From: an uncultured Methanosarcinaceae archaeon | Lineage (GTDB): Archaea > Halobacteriota > Methanosarcinia > Methanosarcinales > Methanosarcinaceae | Assembly: GCA_963833425.1 (NCBI GenBank) | Contig: CAWHXP010000007.1 | Coordinates: 128,001 to 192,000, forward strand | Direction of reading: 5' to 3' | DNA length: 64,000 nt | Shown: piece by piece, positions 46,728 through 58,340 of the stretch | Layout of the letters: every line of letters starts with the position of its first letter | Numbering within the stretch: position 1 is the stretch's first letter | The notes under the pieces: generated by a model | The model's database searches: none | Seen by the model: the letters and a program-made list of their open reading frames with translations, nothing else | Told to the model about the DNA's origin: nothing | Program-made: the position numbers and the translations under genes

Positions 46728-47600
46728 ATGGAACTGACAACATTGATACTGCACTCGTTAGACGCTAGTGTCTTGCTCACCATAACTAGTGTCATGCTTA
46801 CCATATTCGTTCTCGGGCTCAGTGCAAGACCACAGGACACGACATAGCTATTCCACAGGCCGGGGGTAGTTATTGAGATCTTTTCTGTCGATGAGCGTTG
46901 TCATGCCACTGTTCACAGCAGTTGTGATTGCATCCCTCCATTTGCATCCGGTAGTGGGGATAACACTAATTGCTCTGGCAGTGTCACCTATCCCGCCACT
47001 AATTCCTAAAAGAGTGTTGAATGCAGGCGGAAATAAGTCTTATACAATCGGCCTGCTTGTAGCTGCTTTCTTGTTTGCGATTATCTTCGTACCACTGGCT
47101 GTAGACCTGCTGGGGATAGCTGTCGACAGCCCAGCGAAAATATCTCATGCAAAGGTCATGTTTATCGTGGGAATGACCACTCTAGTACCGTTGGGGGCTG
47201 GGATGTTAGTTTGCTTTACAGCGCTTTCCTTCGCTGAGCGAATTATGAAGCCAATTACCTTGGTCGCATCAGTACTCCTCATAAGCGTCTTACCTATAGT
47301 ATTTATCAGTATACCAATTGTCGTGTCGATGATAGGCAATGGTACGCTTGTCTCCATAATTGTATTTATTCTCATAGGACTCACATTTGGCTATCTGTTA
47401 GGAGGACTTGAACTGGAAGACCGGACTGTATTAGCGCTCATGACATCTTCCAAGCATCCTGAATTGCGATCGCGATTGCTAGCACGATTTATCCTGAGAA
47501 AAATTTCGTGATAGCCGCTATCCTTCTATATTTGCTCATGAACACAATATATCATTTCCATACCTAATATGGTCAAAGCGCCAGAATACGAAGACGTGAT
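46728..47600 (+). pseudogene. Bile acid:sodium symporter (BASS)-like membrane protein
   Basis: RBS GAGGT, IFVLGLS..TT*LFHRP, LAVSPIPPLIP and RTVLALMTSSKHP; one TAG plus frameshifts. Confidence 0.7.
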
Positions 47601-47726
47601 ATTTCCTAAATTGGTGACGCAGAAATGGGGAAGATATAGGAAGAATATATACCCTAAGGAAATAGCTAAGATAGAGAATTTTACCGAATTTCACGATTCA
47701 GTTCTTATGGAGATGGTAACAGGACA

Positions 47727-48055
47727 TTGGAAGATTTGGGAATTTTGATTTTGAATGCAGCCGCTTTCCTGTTCAATACTGCGGGTTCGTTACTTATCAT
47801 ATATGGAGGACTCCAGGCAATCGTAGAGATCCTTTTGTATGAATTTGTGAAAAGCCTCATAGTTACCAGCAAATGAGAAAAGGGCTTACTGACAAAATTG
47901 TCTTCGGGCTTGAATTTGTCATTGCAGCCGATGTACTAGGGACCACAAGGCATTCAACTCAGGAAAAACTGATCCTTCTGAGCACCGTCGTGTTGATAAG
48001 AACAGTTCTTGGTCATTTTCTCGGCAAGGAAGTTTCAGAATACCAATTGGATTAA
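47727..48055 (+). pseudogene. DUF1622-family membrane protein, frameshifted
   Basis: GLEFVIAADVLGT and VLIRTVLGHFLGKE motifs; N-terminal TM segment is in another frame. Confidence 0.7.
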
Positions 48056-48230
48056 AATAGGGCTAAAAAAGCCTCATAACATGCATGGCACTCTGAATCT
48101 CTTGATAGCCTACATTCTTTGCTCTTTTCTGTAATCGCATCAATTACTTTAACATTAATTTTCTCTTTGTAAGCTATTTTGTTGAGTATTCAATCCACTA
48201 AAAAAAGTTAGAAGGTAAATTTTTAAAGTA

Positions 48231-48549
48231 TTAGCAATAACTCTCGTATTTTTCCATATCTATGTCTTTACCATCGTCAGTCTTCACAGCCACTACTTTT
48301 CCGATACCTATATCTTTACCACCTTCTGTCTCCATAGCTGCTACTTTTCCCATATCTATTTCTTTACCATCGTCAGTTTTCATGGCCACTATTTTCCCCA
48401 TACCTATATCTTTACCATCCTCAGTTTTACATAGACACTACTTTTTTCATAGCTATTTCTTTACCATTCCCATTTTCTGCACTTACTGCTACAGCTGTCA
48501 CGGACATTAAAAAACAAACTTCCAGTAAAATACCAAGTATCTTTTTCAT
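48231..48549 (-). pseudogene. Small secreted protein with 16-aa (48-bp) repeats, +1 frameshift
   Basis: MKKILGILLEVCFLMSVTAVAVSA signal, then KTEDGKDIGMGKIVAM / KTDDGKEIDMGKVAAM / ETEGGKDIGIGKVVAV. Length 319 bp (3n+1); RBS AGGAG. Confidence 0.75.
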
Positions 48550-48749
48550 TGTCTTAACTCCTTTTGATTGCGTTTCTATTCATTTTAGCAAAGATATTTC
48601 AAATTTTCTAAATAGTAATCTTAAATCATGATGTTCTTTTATTTTAAATTAATTATAAAAAACAGTTTCTGAATAAAATTTCTTCCCCATAAAATACTTT
48701 AATATTGAAAAATATTTTAACATCGGAAAATAATTAGATATTAATAGTG

Positions 48750-49067
48750 TTTTGTTATTTTCGGGTTTTTGATTGATTGAAGTCAATTGCAAGTGAATAT
48801 TGTGTATTTTGGCGATTCCAGAAGATATTAAAAAATCTACTAAATTATGAAAATACAAATTCAGAGCGTTCAATGACCCCTGATACAACTAGAACTTGAT
48901 GTGAGATTAAACTACGCTGCTTTTTAGAAGGACTCGATGCAAAATTAAGAAATTTACATAGGATAATAAGACATTATTATTATCAAATTATTGTTTGATA
49001 TTAAAAATTTTAATGTAGAAGTAACTTTTATTCCAAAACTATTTTTTGCACAATTAATTAAAAATAA
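48750..49067 (+). repeat. ~320-bp non-coding block, copy 1 (upstream of DUF1269 gene)
   Basis: Colinear with 55138-55467 through shared blocks AGTCAA.TGCAAG, AAATTCAG..GTTCAATGACC, TGAGATTAAACT.CG.TGCTT.TTAGAAGGA and TAGAAGTAACTTTTAT.CC.AAACTATTTTT. Confidence 0.85.
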
Positions 49068-49131
49068 TTCAGGTATTTGTTTATATTTCAACAAAAATTA
49101 AGAAATCTAAATCAGAAAAGGAGATTGGTTC

Positions 49132-49620
49132 ATGGCAACTTTAACAGTCCTGAAGTTTGACACCACTGATGGTGCAAAAAATGAACTTAAAGTAATTGAA
49201 GATTTAAGTAAGCAGCAAATGATTAAGCTACAAGATGCGGCTATAGTTACGTGGGTTAAGGGAAAAAAGAAGCCAAAAACTGAGCACTTGACTAATTTAA
49301 CTCGCATAGGCGCACTGAGCGGCGCTTTTTGGGGTCTATTATTTGGTATTCTCTTCTTTATTCCTTTGGTTGGTCTAGTCGCAGGGGCCGCGATAGGTGC
49401 GCTAGGCGGTTCAATGACCCATATGGGAATCGATGAAGATTTCATTAAATCTATCCGTAGCAAAGTGACTGAAGGAACTTCTGCTCTCTTTATGGTGACT
49501 AGTGACGCCGTTGAAGATAGGGTAGTAGAAGCTATGAAAAAGTCCAAGTTTGAAATTATCGCCACTAACCTGTCCAAGGAAGAAGAAGAAAAACTGCGTG
49601 CAGCTTTTGCTGAAGAATAA
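49132..49620 (+). CDS. DUF1269-family membrane protein
   Basis: LQDAAIVTW, GALSGAFWGLLFGILFFIP..GAAIGALGG glycine zipper, GIDEDFIK, GTSALF; RBS AGGAG. Confidence 0.88.
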   Translation: MATLTVLKFDTTDGAKNELKVIEDLSKQQMIKLQDAAIVTWVKGKKKPKTEHLTNLTRIGALSGAFWGLLFGILFFIPLVGLVAGAAIGALGGSMTHMGIDEDFIKSIRSKVTEGTSALFMVTSDAVEDRVVEAMKKSKFEIIATNLSKEEEEKLRAAFAEE

Positions 49621-49640
49621 ATTTCACCGAAAAATAACTC

Positions 49641-49672
49641 AGTTTCTACCAGAAAGTTTACTTTCTGGAAAC
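49641..49672 (+). terminator. Hairpin after DUF1269 gene
   Basis: CCAGAAAGT-TT-ACTTTCTGG inverted repeat followed by T-rich sequence. Confidence 0.5.
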
Positions 49673-50074
49673 CATTTTAGCTTTTGCAGAATTTATAATC
49701 AGGCCTTAAAATATAGATTTCTATCTATTCAAAATTTAGTGATTTTTTTGATTTTACGCCAATAACTTGATTTTGGAATTGAGTCCTGTTAAAAAAGGAG
49801 ATTAATTATAAAAAGTGTAAATTTACTGACTTTTAGAAAATCATATTTTTACCTGATTTCAGTAAATTAATACTATGAACAAATGAAAATATTTGAGTAT
49901 CCCTTGTTTTCAGCCTGTGTTCTTGATACCTTGATCGTCCCATTGATATAGAAATATAGAGCACTTGGATGATTAAATGCCCAGCAAAAGTGAAAATCAT
50001 ACTGCAAATGAATCTAGGTAATCCGTTTTCAAATACCAAAAAGCTTATTCAGAATCCCACATGGTATATACCTA

Positions 50075-52165
50075 TTAATAGAAATTCAAGAGCGTTATGA
50101 ACAGCAGAATCCCGTGATGACAGGCCAGTAAAGTACCTTCATGTACATGTTGTCGTTTGCATCAATAAAAGGGATACTCCGATTTGACGCAAAAGCTATT
50201 GCATTCAAGGAAACAACCAAGATTGCAATGTACATTACAAAGTAGAAATATTCAATGAAGATTATTCCTCCTATAGGAATTCTAGCTCTAAGAGAAGAGT
50301 GGGCAACAATAAGAGTAAAAAGAATTGATGTGCAATAACCCAAGACTCCCTGTGAACTGAATCCGAAATGAGTTTTGCTTTCACCCTTGGTAATCATTGT
50401 AAGTATCGCAAACAGAAGAACAAGTACCACTGTTATGAGTATAAGATCGGGATCAAATATAGTTTCAAAGTTCCTTTTGACATCGACGTTGAATTGAAGT
50501 TCGGGTGCAGTGGAATTTGCAAAGTTCCCTAGCCCCATATTGGTATTATGAGAATTAACCCTGTAGCTGAAAAATGTTTTTTGAGGTTTCCAGCTATCCA
50601 GTAAGAAAGAGCTTCCCAAGCCTGGAAGGCTTTCTGGAACCAAACTTTTATAGGAATCAAAGTCCGGAACCAAGATGTTTCCTGCTGACTTGTTACTCAA
50701 TACTCTGATCCCTACATCTTCTCTGTCAAAAGGATATTTTGAATAATCTAACTGCTGGCGCTGAGTAGTCTTAAAACGCCAGCCTATAACACCTTTATTC
50801 CTATTCACATAGTCTTTTTCAATTGTGGTTTCTTTTGAATTCGGAAAACTAAAGTCAGGGACATCCTTCCGAGCCCCAAGATCTGAAGTATTTTGCCAGA
50901 TATATCCGGTTATTAAGACTGCATTAGCATTCAAGAACTCCATTGACTGGATATAAAATCCCGTCGGAATCCGGTGAGCTGCCGGGCTCGTATTGACATG
51001 TTGCAACACCGTTTCAACACCTTCCCTGTCGAAAACAACAAGGTCCCCATTCCTACCATCAAGAGAAGAATTATTCATAGTACTGTGCCATAGAAAACCT
51101 ATTCCCAGGATACAAAGTAATGAAAAAAATAACTGCAAGCGTCCATAATCCTTTATGGTCATACCTGTAAATGGATACAAAAAGCAAGCACAGAGAGAAT
51201 AAAAAAGCAAACATTGCGAACACTATATAAATAATTGAGTGTGTTTGCTCTGCCTTTTTGTTCAGCAGAGTTTCTTCCTGTGGAATGACGAATCCTAGAA
51301 TCCAATCTGTAGAAGGAATATTTTTTTGAAATACCCAGTAGGATTTCCCTATAAGGTAATTTGTCGCCAAATAATCTTGTTTTTTTATGTTCTCATTTAT
51401 GAAGTGAAGATTTGGATCTTTTTGTGCAAGATCACGACTATTTCTGGTCAAATATTCTTGGATAGGATAAGATATAATCACCCCCTTCCCAGAAATGATG
51501 AAACCATAACCCGTATTTCCTATATTGAGTCTATTTAGATACGCCCTCATTCTGTCAAGAGATTGACGAACACTTACTACTCCTGCAGCTTTGCTCCCAT
51601 TCCCGGATTCTGCAAGATAAAAAGGAACCGAATAACTTATCTGATAACTGCGGTCTGCAATCCCGAAATAAGGTGAAATCAATTCTTTTAATCCTTTTTT
51701 AAAGGCATCATTGTACCATGCCGTTTGTTCACTCTCTTTTGTGTAGTCATATGTGAGCGGAGCATAATACGACTTCTGAACCATTTCTCTTGAAATAAGG
51801 CGCATAGAGTTTACCGGCATTTGTAGCAGGAGAATATGCAACGACGATGCTAATAATGTTGGAATGGTTCTTCATTTCAGCAAGGAGACGCTCCTGGAGC
51901 ATGGAATCATTTTCCAATTTTCCGGAACTCAGATCCTTTGCAACTCCATCAGCAAGGGAGATAGTAGAATTAGCTACAATATTAGTATTTTTATGGCAAT
52001 ATCGGCTTTTTTAAGCGCATTTTCCTTTGCCTCTGCTAGAATTATTTCATTTGTCTTGCTACTTTTGTACTCATATCCGAAATATGTCAGTAGCAAAAAA
52101 CTAAGTAGACAGAATAGGGATGCAATACAAATTGCCTGTTTTCTATGTTTATCCGAGCTGGTCAT
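50075..52165 (-). pseudogene. Cache-domain + pentameric ligand-gated ion channel (Pro-loop receptor)-like protein, frameshifted
   Basis: N-terminal TM, Cache (WYNDA..PYFG..ISYSVPFY, GYGFIISGKGVIISYP, IPSTDWILG), then a beta-rich domain with YSKYPFDRE and four TM helices. Confidence 0.75.
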
Positions 52166-52409
52166 TTTTATCTTCTAACTATTATTACACTTTTTCATTC
52201 ATTTCGCTTCTTGTCTTTGTATTCATAGTATTTGGATTATCTATTGTTTTATTCCTTATAAAATCATTTTCAATTTTATAAAATTCTTTTCGTACTTTGG
52301 TTCCCAGCCACTTATAGAGGCACCACCAAATATCCAGATAGCTACAACTGGCGTTTTCAACTTTATATAAAGAAGGCTTGTTGAGAATGGTGTGAAAATG
52401 ATGATCACA

Positions 52410-52808
52410 CTACCTGCGGAGCAACAGGATAAAAATGATTGACATTAGTCCCAGCAGAGTCACAAGCCTGGCTACGACCTCAGCGGTTCGGGTTGTGACG
52501 CTAAAGTCTCCCGCTTCGATTTGCCTTGAATGACGAATGTATCTCCTAACGCCGTCTTCTGCCATCAAAATTCCCGTTACAACCATGATTATTGACATGC
52601 TACGTACCAGGGGCAGTCCGCGTATGACCACGTCTAAAAACCTGGCTGCTGCCAAGCCAAGCCCGATTAAGGCAATTCCTGTCCGAAGCCAGGCAAGAAA
52701 CGTTCTCTCATTTGCGAGATGAGTTCTTGCTCGGCTCTCTAGCGCGGTCCTCTGTTGGCGCTCCTCCTGATTTAATGTCTCATGCTCATTTTGTGTCACA
52801 TCTCCCAC
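52410..52808 (-). CDS. DUF202 (YidH-like) membrane protein
   Basis: RTHLANERTFLAWLRTGIALIGLG signature; three TM segments. Confidence 0.9.
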   Translation of the reverse strand: MGDVTQNEHETLNQEERQQRTALESRARTHLANERTFLAWLRTGIALIGLGLAAARFLDVVIRGLPLVRSMSIIMVVTGILMAEDGVRRYIRHSRQIEAGDFSVTTRTAEVVARLVTLLGLMSIIFILLLRR

Positions 52809-53907
52809 CTACTCGCTAGGACATTTTTTGTGTTTCAGCAAGCTTTTTTTATTTTTCTTTAACCAATTTTAAGTTTTCTCAAGCTGATTTGTTTGCTCTT
52901 CAACTAGTTTTTCTAAATTACCAAATGCCTTTTTAAGGTTTCCTCTACTTCTTTGCGCTTGGTGATGTCATAATGCAGTATCAGAACCATGCTGGTCGTG
53001 AATTTTTAAATATTTCCCGCCATGTATATCAAAAAATAAAATTTTGGATTGTGACATTGAATCTTTGATTAAATCTGAAAACTTAGTATACTTTATTTGC
53101 AGAAAAGTGTAGATAGAAACTTTGCTTGCGATTTTCAACATTATATAGGCATGATCTATCCTATTTCAAGGACTATTTGTTTCTTTTAATTGGCAAGGTA
53201 TTTTTAAGGATTTTGATAAACATCTGATTATCACGAATCATTAATAGGTTATGTATAAATTCGCGTATCATGACTCTTTTCTTCTAATTATATAATATTC
53301 TTTTTGTAACAATCCCGTTTTATTTTTCCTCACGAAAAACAAAGAATAATAGGATAAAAAATTAAATTTATTGATACTTGTCTTAAAACTTCTAAGTCTT
53401 CAAGACTAAGCCTTTATTCCTGCAAATATTCCAAATATGTACATACCCATTATCCACTTCTTGGTCTGATTTTTGAAGGAATAGATTGAAACAGACTTTT
53501 GTGACATTAGATAATTTCTTAACCTTATGCGCTGCATAATTAGCGTTCTGCAGATGCATAAAGAAGTAGAATTTGTTTGCCTATGTGCCCACTATTATTC
53601 ATAAAGTTGGAACTTACGCATTTGATGTACAAAATCCAGTACAATTAACACTATGGTATAAAATATATAATAGGTTAGAAAATCAGCAAAGTAAACAAAC
53701 AATTATACACGCTGTTTAAACTCAACGTCGACGCAACCAAAGGCGGGTATGCGTGTGTGGCTATGATGATCGCCGATGCATGGCGGCGCTGGCACCTCCA
53801 TCCAGAATATGCGTCGTTTGCTGTTGCCTAAGAAGACACTAGCGCTTGGGCTAGCAGATCGGAATAATCTGAGGCCCAATCTCTAAAAGTCTCTAAATAA
53901 TTAGTAG

Positions 53908-54807
53908 GTGGATGACTATTTCAACTCAACTAGAATCGTGGAACAATGGCCATGTCAAAAGCGCTATCATGGAATTCATCACGAAGGTAACTACATAAAA
54001 CGATTTTTATTGGTTTCCCCCAACAGAAAGGATCGCAACTTTCGACAACGACGGTACACTCTGGGTAGAGGTGCCTGCGCCGCCACATTATGACTTTCAA
54101 TTTCGGAAATGGATTGAGGAGGCACATGAAGATCCGTCGCTGGCGTCCAAGCAGCCTTACAAAGCGATCCTCGATAAGGACAAGGAGTTCTTCGAGGCTC
54201 TGGCATTTCAGGATCCTACTATCATGCCCTCAATTCAAGACGCGCTCGCACGATCGTGGGCCTACATAACGCCGGAAGACTGCGCTGCTGAGATGCGAGA
54301 GTGGATCACGACCGCCAAGCAACCGAAGTTTGGGATTAGCTACATAAAGCTCGTTTACAAGCCAATGATCGAGCTGTTTGACTATCTCAAGGCCCATGAC
54401 TTCCGAGTTTTCGTGTGCTCCGACGGAGGTCTGGACTTTATGCGGGTGTTCTCCGAGAAGGTATTAAGCGTCATGAAAAAGAACTTCATCGGCACCGAAG
54501 CCGAGTACGAGTACAAGGGCGGGAAGCTACAGCGCACCGGTAAGATTCTCGGCGGTATCGCTCTCGGCCCCGCTAAATCCTCGCGCATCTACAGCAGGAC
54601 TGGCCGTCTACCAGCTTTCTCCGGCGGAAACATGGATGGGACATCGAGATGTTAAAGGTCTCGAAGTTCGCTCTCCTGATCAACCACGACGACCCCAACA
54701 GGAAGTTCGAGTATACGAAGGGTGCCGAGAAGGCGCTGGTGAAGGCCAAGGAGCTGGGATGGACGGTCGTCAGCATGAAAAATGATTGGAAGAACGTATT
54801 TGCTTAG
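53908..54807 (+). pseudogene. HAD-superfamily hydrolase (nonspecific acid phosphatase-like)
   Basis: SWNNGHVKSAIMEFITKVT*, RIATFDNDGTLWVE, VYKPMIELFDYLK, GGNMDGD|IEML, LLINHDD..EYT and WTVVSMKNDWK, spread over several frames. Confidence 0.85.
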
Positions 54808-55137
54808 TTTCATTAGAGAGAAACGCAAACGCATCCACATGCATGGCAGTTGGACAAATTTGCCAGTGCTGTGCGAGCAAACTGAATGGGGTTCTCTGGA
54901 ATCACATAGCTACAGCAGGAGCAATCCGGCTAAACATTAAACTGCTTCCGGATAGTGCAGAAAAGAGTAAGCTAAGGACGGAAAGTTTGGTAAGCCTGAG
55001 CGCCACACCACCACCATCATAATTCACCGTTATTATATCTCCCTATCGAAAAAGTAATCTTTTAAATAGGACAAAATATTAACCATTGACTTTGCATCCT
55101 GCTTTTTATATCGAGGTTTTACGGCAACAAATTAAAC

Positions 55138-55467
55138 ATTTTTATTATTTTCTGGATTGTTTTGTTGATTCCAGTCAAATGCAAGGGAAATCAATTGTAT
55201 ATTTTGGCATTTCCATAAGATATAACAAAGATCTCATGAATTAAAAAATGGCAAATTCAGATTGTTCAATGACCAAAGGACACAATTAGAATTTGATTTG
55301 AGATTAAACTGCGTTGCTTATTAGAAGGAACTCTATATAAAATTTATGAAGTTATTTGGAAATAATAAAAATATCATTAATATCAAATAATTGTCTACTA
55401 TTAAAATATTTTATCTAGAAGTAACTTTTATCCCGAAACTATTTTTAATATAATTAATTTAAAATAA
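55138..55467 (+). repeat. ~320-bp non-coding block, copy 2 (upstream of HdeD-like gene)
   Basis: Colinear similarity to 48750-49067. Confidence 0.85.
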
Positions 55468-55731
55468 CGAACAAACTCAGTAATATTATAGTTCATCTAA
55501 TTTTGGTTGATGTTCTAGAATATATATCAACCAACTAATTTTTGGTAGCTTGAATAGTTACCAAACACAAGGTTATCAACATTGTTTTTGTAATTTACAC
55601 AGTGACCATCATATGACTCTTGGAAGTGTTGCCCTTGGATCAGATACGACCTTGTTAATCTGTGCCTAGCTCGTATCTTGGTAGGGTCAATGTCTGCATA
55701 ACAAGCCAAAGTAATTTAGGAGAGGGTTCAG

Positions 55732-56310
55732 ACGGAACAACCAATTTATACTGAGTCAAAAATAAAGTTAGAAATAATACAATCACCTTGGTGGTTTGTT
55801 TTTTTGGAAGGGATTATTGCTATTGTTATAGGCATATTTTTCTTATACGAGCCTATAGCAATCACCATTCTGCTAATACAAATTTTAGCCATTTTCTGGC
55901 TAGCACAAGGAATTATTTCTGTTATAGAAGCGCTGATTTTCACGAAGAATTGGATCTGGAACCTAATTTTAGGTATCTTGAGCATTATTGCAGGAGTTGT
56001 TATAATGATGTACCCCATCCTCAGTCCTTTAATAGTTCTTGACCTTCTCATTCTCTTCATAGGAGTTTTAGTTTTTGTCAATGGTGCTATGAGATTTACT
56101 TTGTCGCTTAAAGGAGGAGGATTGGGCATGGGAATTCTTGGTTTGGTTACCATAATCTTTGGATTACTTCTCCTTACAACTCCCTAGTAGGAATCCTGTT
56201 TTGACATTCTTATTTGGGTTTTTCCTTATCGTCGGTGGAATGGCGCAGTCATCGGGGGAATAAAAATGAGAACCGGAAAATATTTCGGAGAAATTCCTAG
56301 GTATATGTAA
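55732..56310 (+). pseudogene. HdeD/DUF308 acid-resistance-type membrane protein
   Basis: SPWWFVFLEGIIAIVIG..GILSIIAGV. ACG at 55732 follows the RBS AGGAGAGG in frame; frameshifts after 56185. Confidence 0.7.
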
Positions 56311-56540
56311 TAAATTATTTGATCCCTTTAGGAAGTTCTTGAGTCCAGTATGAGCAATTATATTCTTATGGTTGACAAATCTGTCATAGAAGAACTGAGC
56401 GAATCAAAGTTTCGAGAGGATTAGTGCTTCATCATATTAAATTTTTGTTAGATTTTTGAAAATTTTGTTTGTATTATGAGCCAGGAAAAAATGACTAAAA
56501 TGACAGGTCACGAGAACATTACTAGGGAATATGACTAAAA

Positions 56541-57839
56541 ATGGTCGATAAGGATAACAAGGGTATAAGCTTAATGAAAGCCCAGATAGGACTGCTTAAA
56601 AGTCTTGGCCCCGGATTTATTACTGGCTCATCTGATGATTATCCCTCCGGTATCGCGACCTATGCACAAATGGGCGCTATCTTTGGATATAGTCCGCTAT
56701 GGCTTGTTTGGTTCACCTGTCCTTTCATGATCGTTATCCAGCATATGTGTGGCCGGATAGGGATGGTTGCGGGTAAAGGGCTGGCAGGCGTCATCCTCGA
56801 ACACTACTCTAAGCGTGTGCTGTAAGTGACTATTTCGCTGCTCGTTACCGCGAACACGATAACAACGGCGCAGATCTGGGAGCGAGGGCTGCCTCGGCAC
56901 AGATGCTGCTTGGTTGCCGTTTCTCTTTTGGGTGGGTCTCATCACTGTGTCTGCCATAGCCTTCGAGATACTGGTTCCTTACACGACCTACTCGAGGATC
57001 CTAAAATATCTGATATTGTCCCTCTTCGCAGATGTCCTGACAGCCTTCATCATCAGACTGTACTTGGTGACAATTTTTCACGTCACTCTGATCCCCACCT
57101 GGAGGTCTCTACAGACTACCTGCTCAACATCGTCGTGGTCTTGGGCACGAAGACCTCCCCTCCCTACATGTTCTTCTGGCAGGCTTCGTAGGAGGGAGAA
57201 GAGGAGGTCTTGAAGGGCAAAATTTCAGATATTGGTGTCGGAAAACCCTGTGTAACGCGACGGGGTATAACCGAGATTGACGGGGACACTTGCATGGGAA
57301 TGTTCTTTTCCCAGGTCATCATGTTCTTTATCATCGTCACTACAGCAGCCCCCCTTCACGCCGAAGGTATCACCACAATCCAGACCGCGACACAGACGTC
57401 AGAGGCCCTGCGACCGCTAGCCGACGACCCGCCTACTTACTCTTCGCAGCTGGGATCATCGGCACAGGGCTTCTAGCGGTTCCGGTGATGGCCGGAGCGG
57501 CAGCTTATGCCATTGCAGAAACTGCGGGCTGAATCGGGGGCTCGGTAAGAAATTTAGCCTGGCTCCAGGGTTCTACGCAGTAATTGACGTATCACGTTTA
57601 TCGGCATGTTCCTTGATTGATTCTGGGTCAAACCAATAACAGCACTCTACTATACCACCGTACTGAATGGCCTAGTAGCGCCATTGCTTATGGCATTGTT
57701 CGTCATGATCGCAAATAGGAAGGACATCATGGGCAGGTTCGTCAACTCGAAAGTGAGTAACGTCTTGGGATGGATAATCGTGCTGATCATGGCTCTAGTC
57801 GGGGTGGCACTGATCTTCAACTTGGCAACAGGACAGTAA
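56541..57839 (+). pseudogene. NRAMP-family divalent metal transporter
   Basis: LGPGFITGSSDDYPSGIATYAQMGA, PYMFFWQAS*, GLLAVPVMAG and LNGLVAP motifs; many breaks. Confidence 0.85.
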
Positions 57840-57957
57840 CTTTTCCATGAATGCCCAGAATGCCTTCTCTAAAAATGCGTTTTTAAAGTCTGATAATATT
57901 TATCGTTTCATCACATCTAAGAATTACATTTCTTGTGATCGATTACATAAACAATAA

Positions 57958-58058
57958 ATGAAAAATAGTAAGAAACACATAGACTAAATATAATAAATCT
58001 TAATGCAATCTTTTTTGAACTGAAGTAAAAATTAGGAAACGAGTTTTATAGAGTAGAT
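57958..58058 (+). repeat. ~100-bp direct repeat, copy 1
   Basis: TGAAAAATAGTAAGAAACACA..TAATAAATCTTAAT..AGTTTTATA, shared with 60350-60450. Confidence 0.7.
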
Positions 58059-58071
58059 CAAACGCCACACA

Positions 58072-58340
58072 TCACCTACGAACTGCTATTCTACCTCCCT
58101 GATCGAAATTTAAAGTGGGATATCCTTCATGACAATTGTCACATAACACAGTTACAGTGGTACTTTTACCTCGTTGTCTTATCGTTTTAATCATCCCACA
58201 TTTTTCTAACTCGTCCAATGCTTTTGGAAAAACCCACCCTCGGATAGGCAAAAATGAGCTCATACCTTTCAATGTGACCACCAAATCTTTAGATTAATTT
58301 ATCCTTTGAAATGCTAAGTACGCATAGACTCTTTATTTAT
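58072..58340 (-). pseudogene. Possible winged-helix DNA-binding protein remnant
   Basis: RVYAYLA..VTLKGMSSFL..KALDELEKCGMIKTIRQRGKSTTVTVL resembles a wHTH recognition helix plus wing. Confidence 0.3.

Noticed and set aside
1596..57191. In-frame TAG codons (DUF4062, HEAT, BASS, NRAMP-1) as pyrrolysine sites
   Set aside because: Each gene also has frameshifts or other stops, so amber readthrough would not restore it. At least the NRAMP case is a simple CAG>TAG change.
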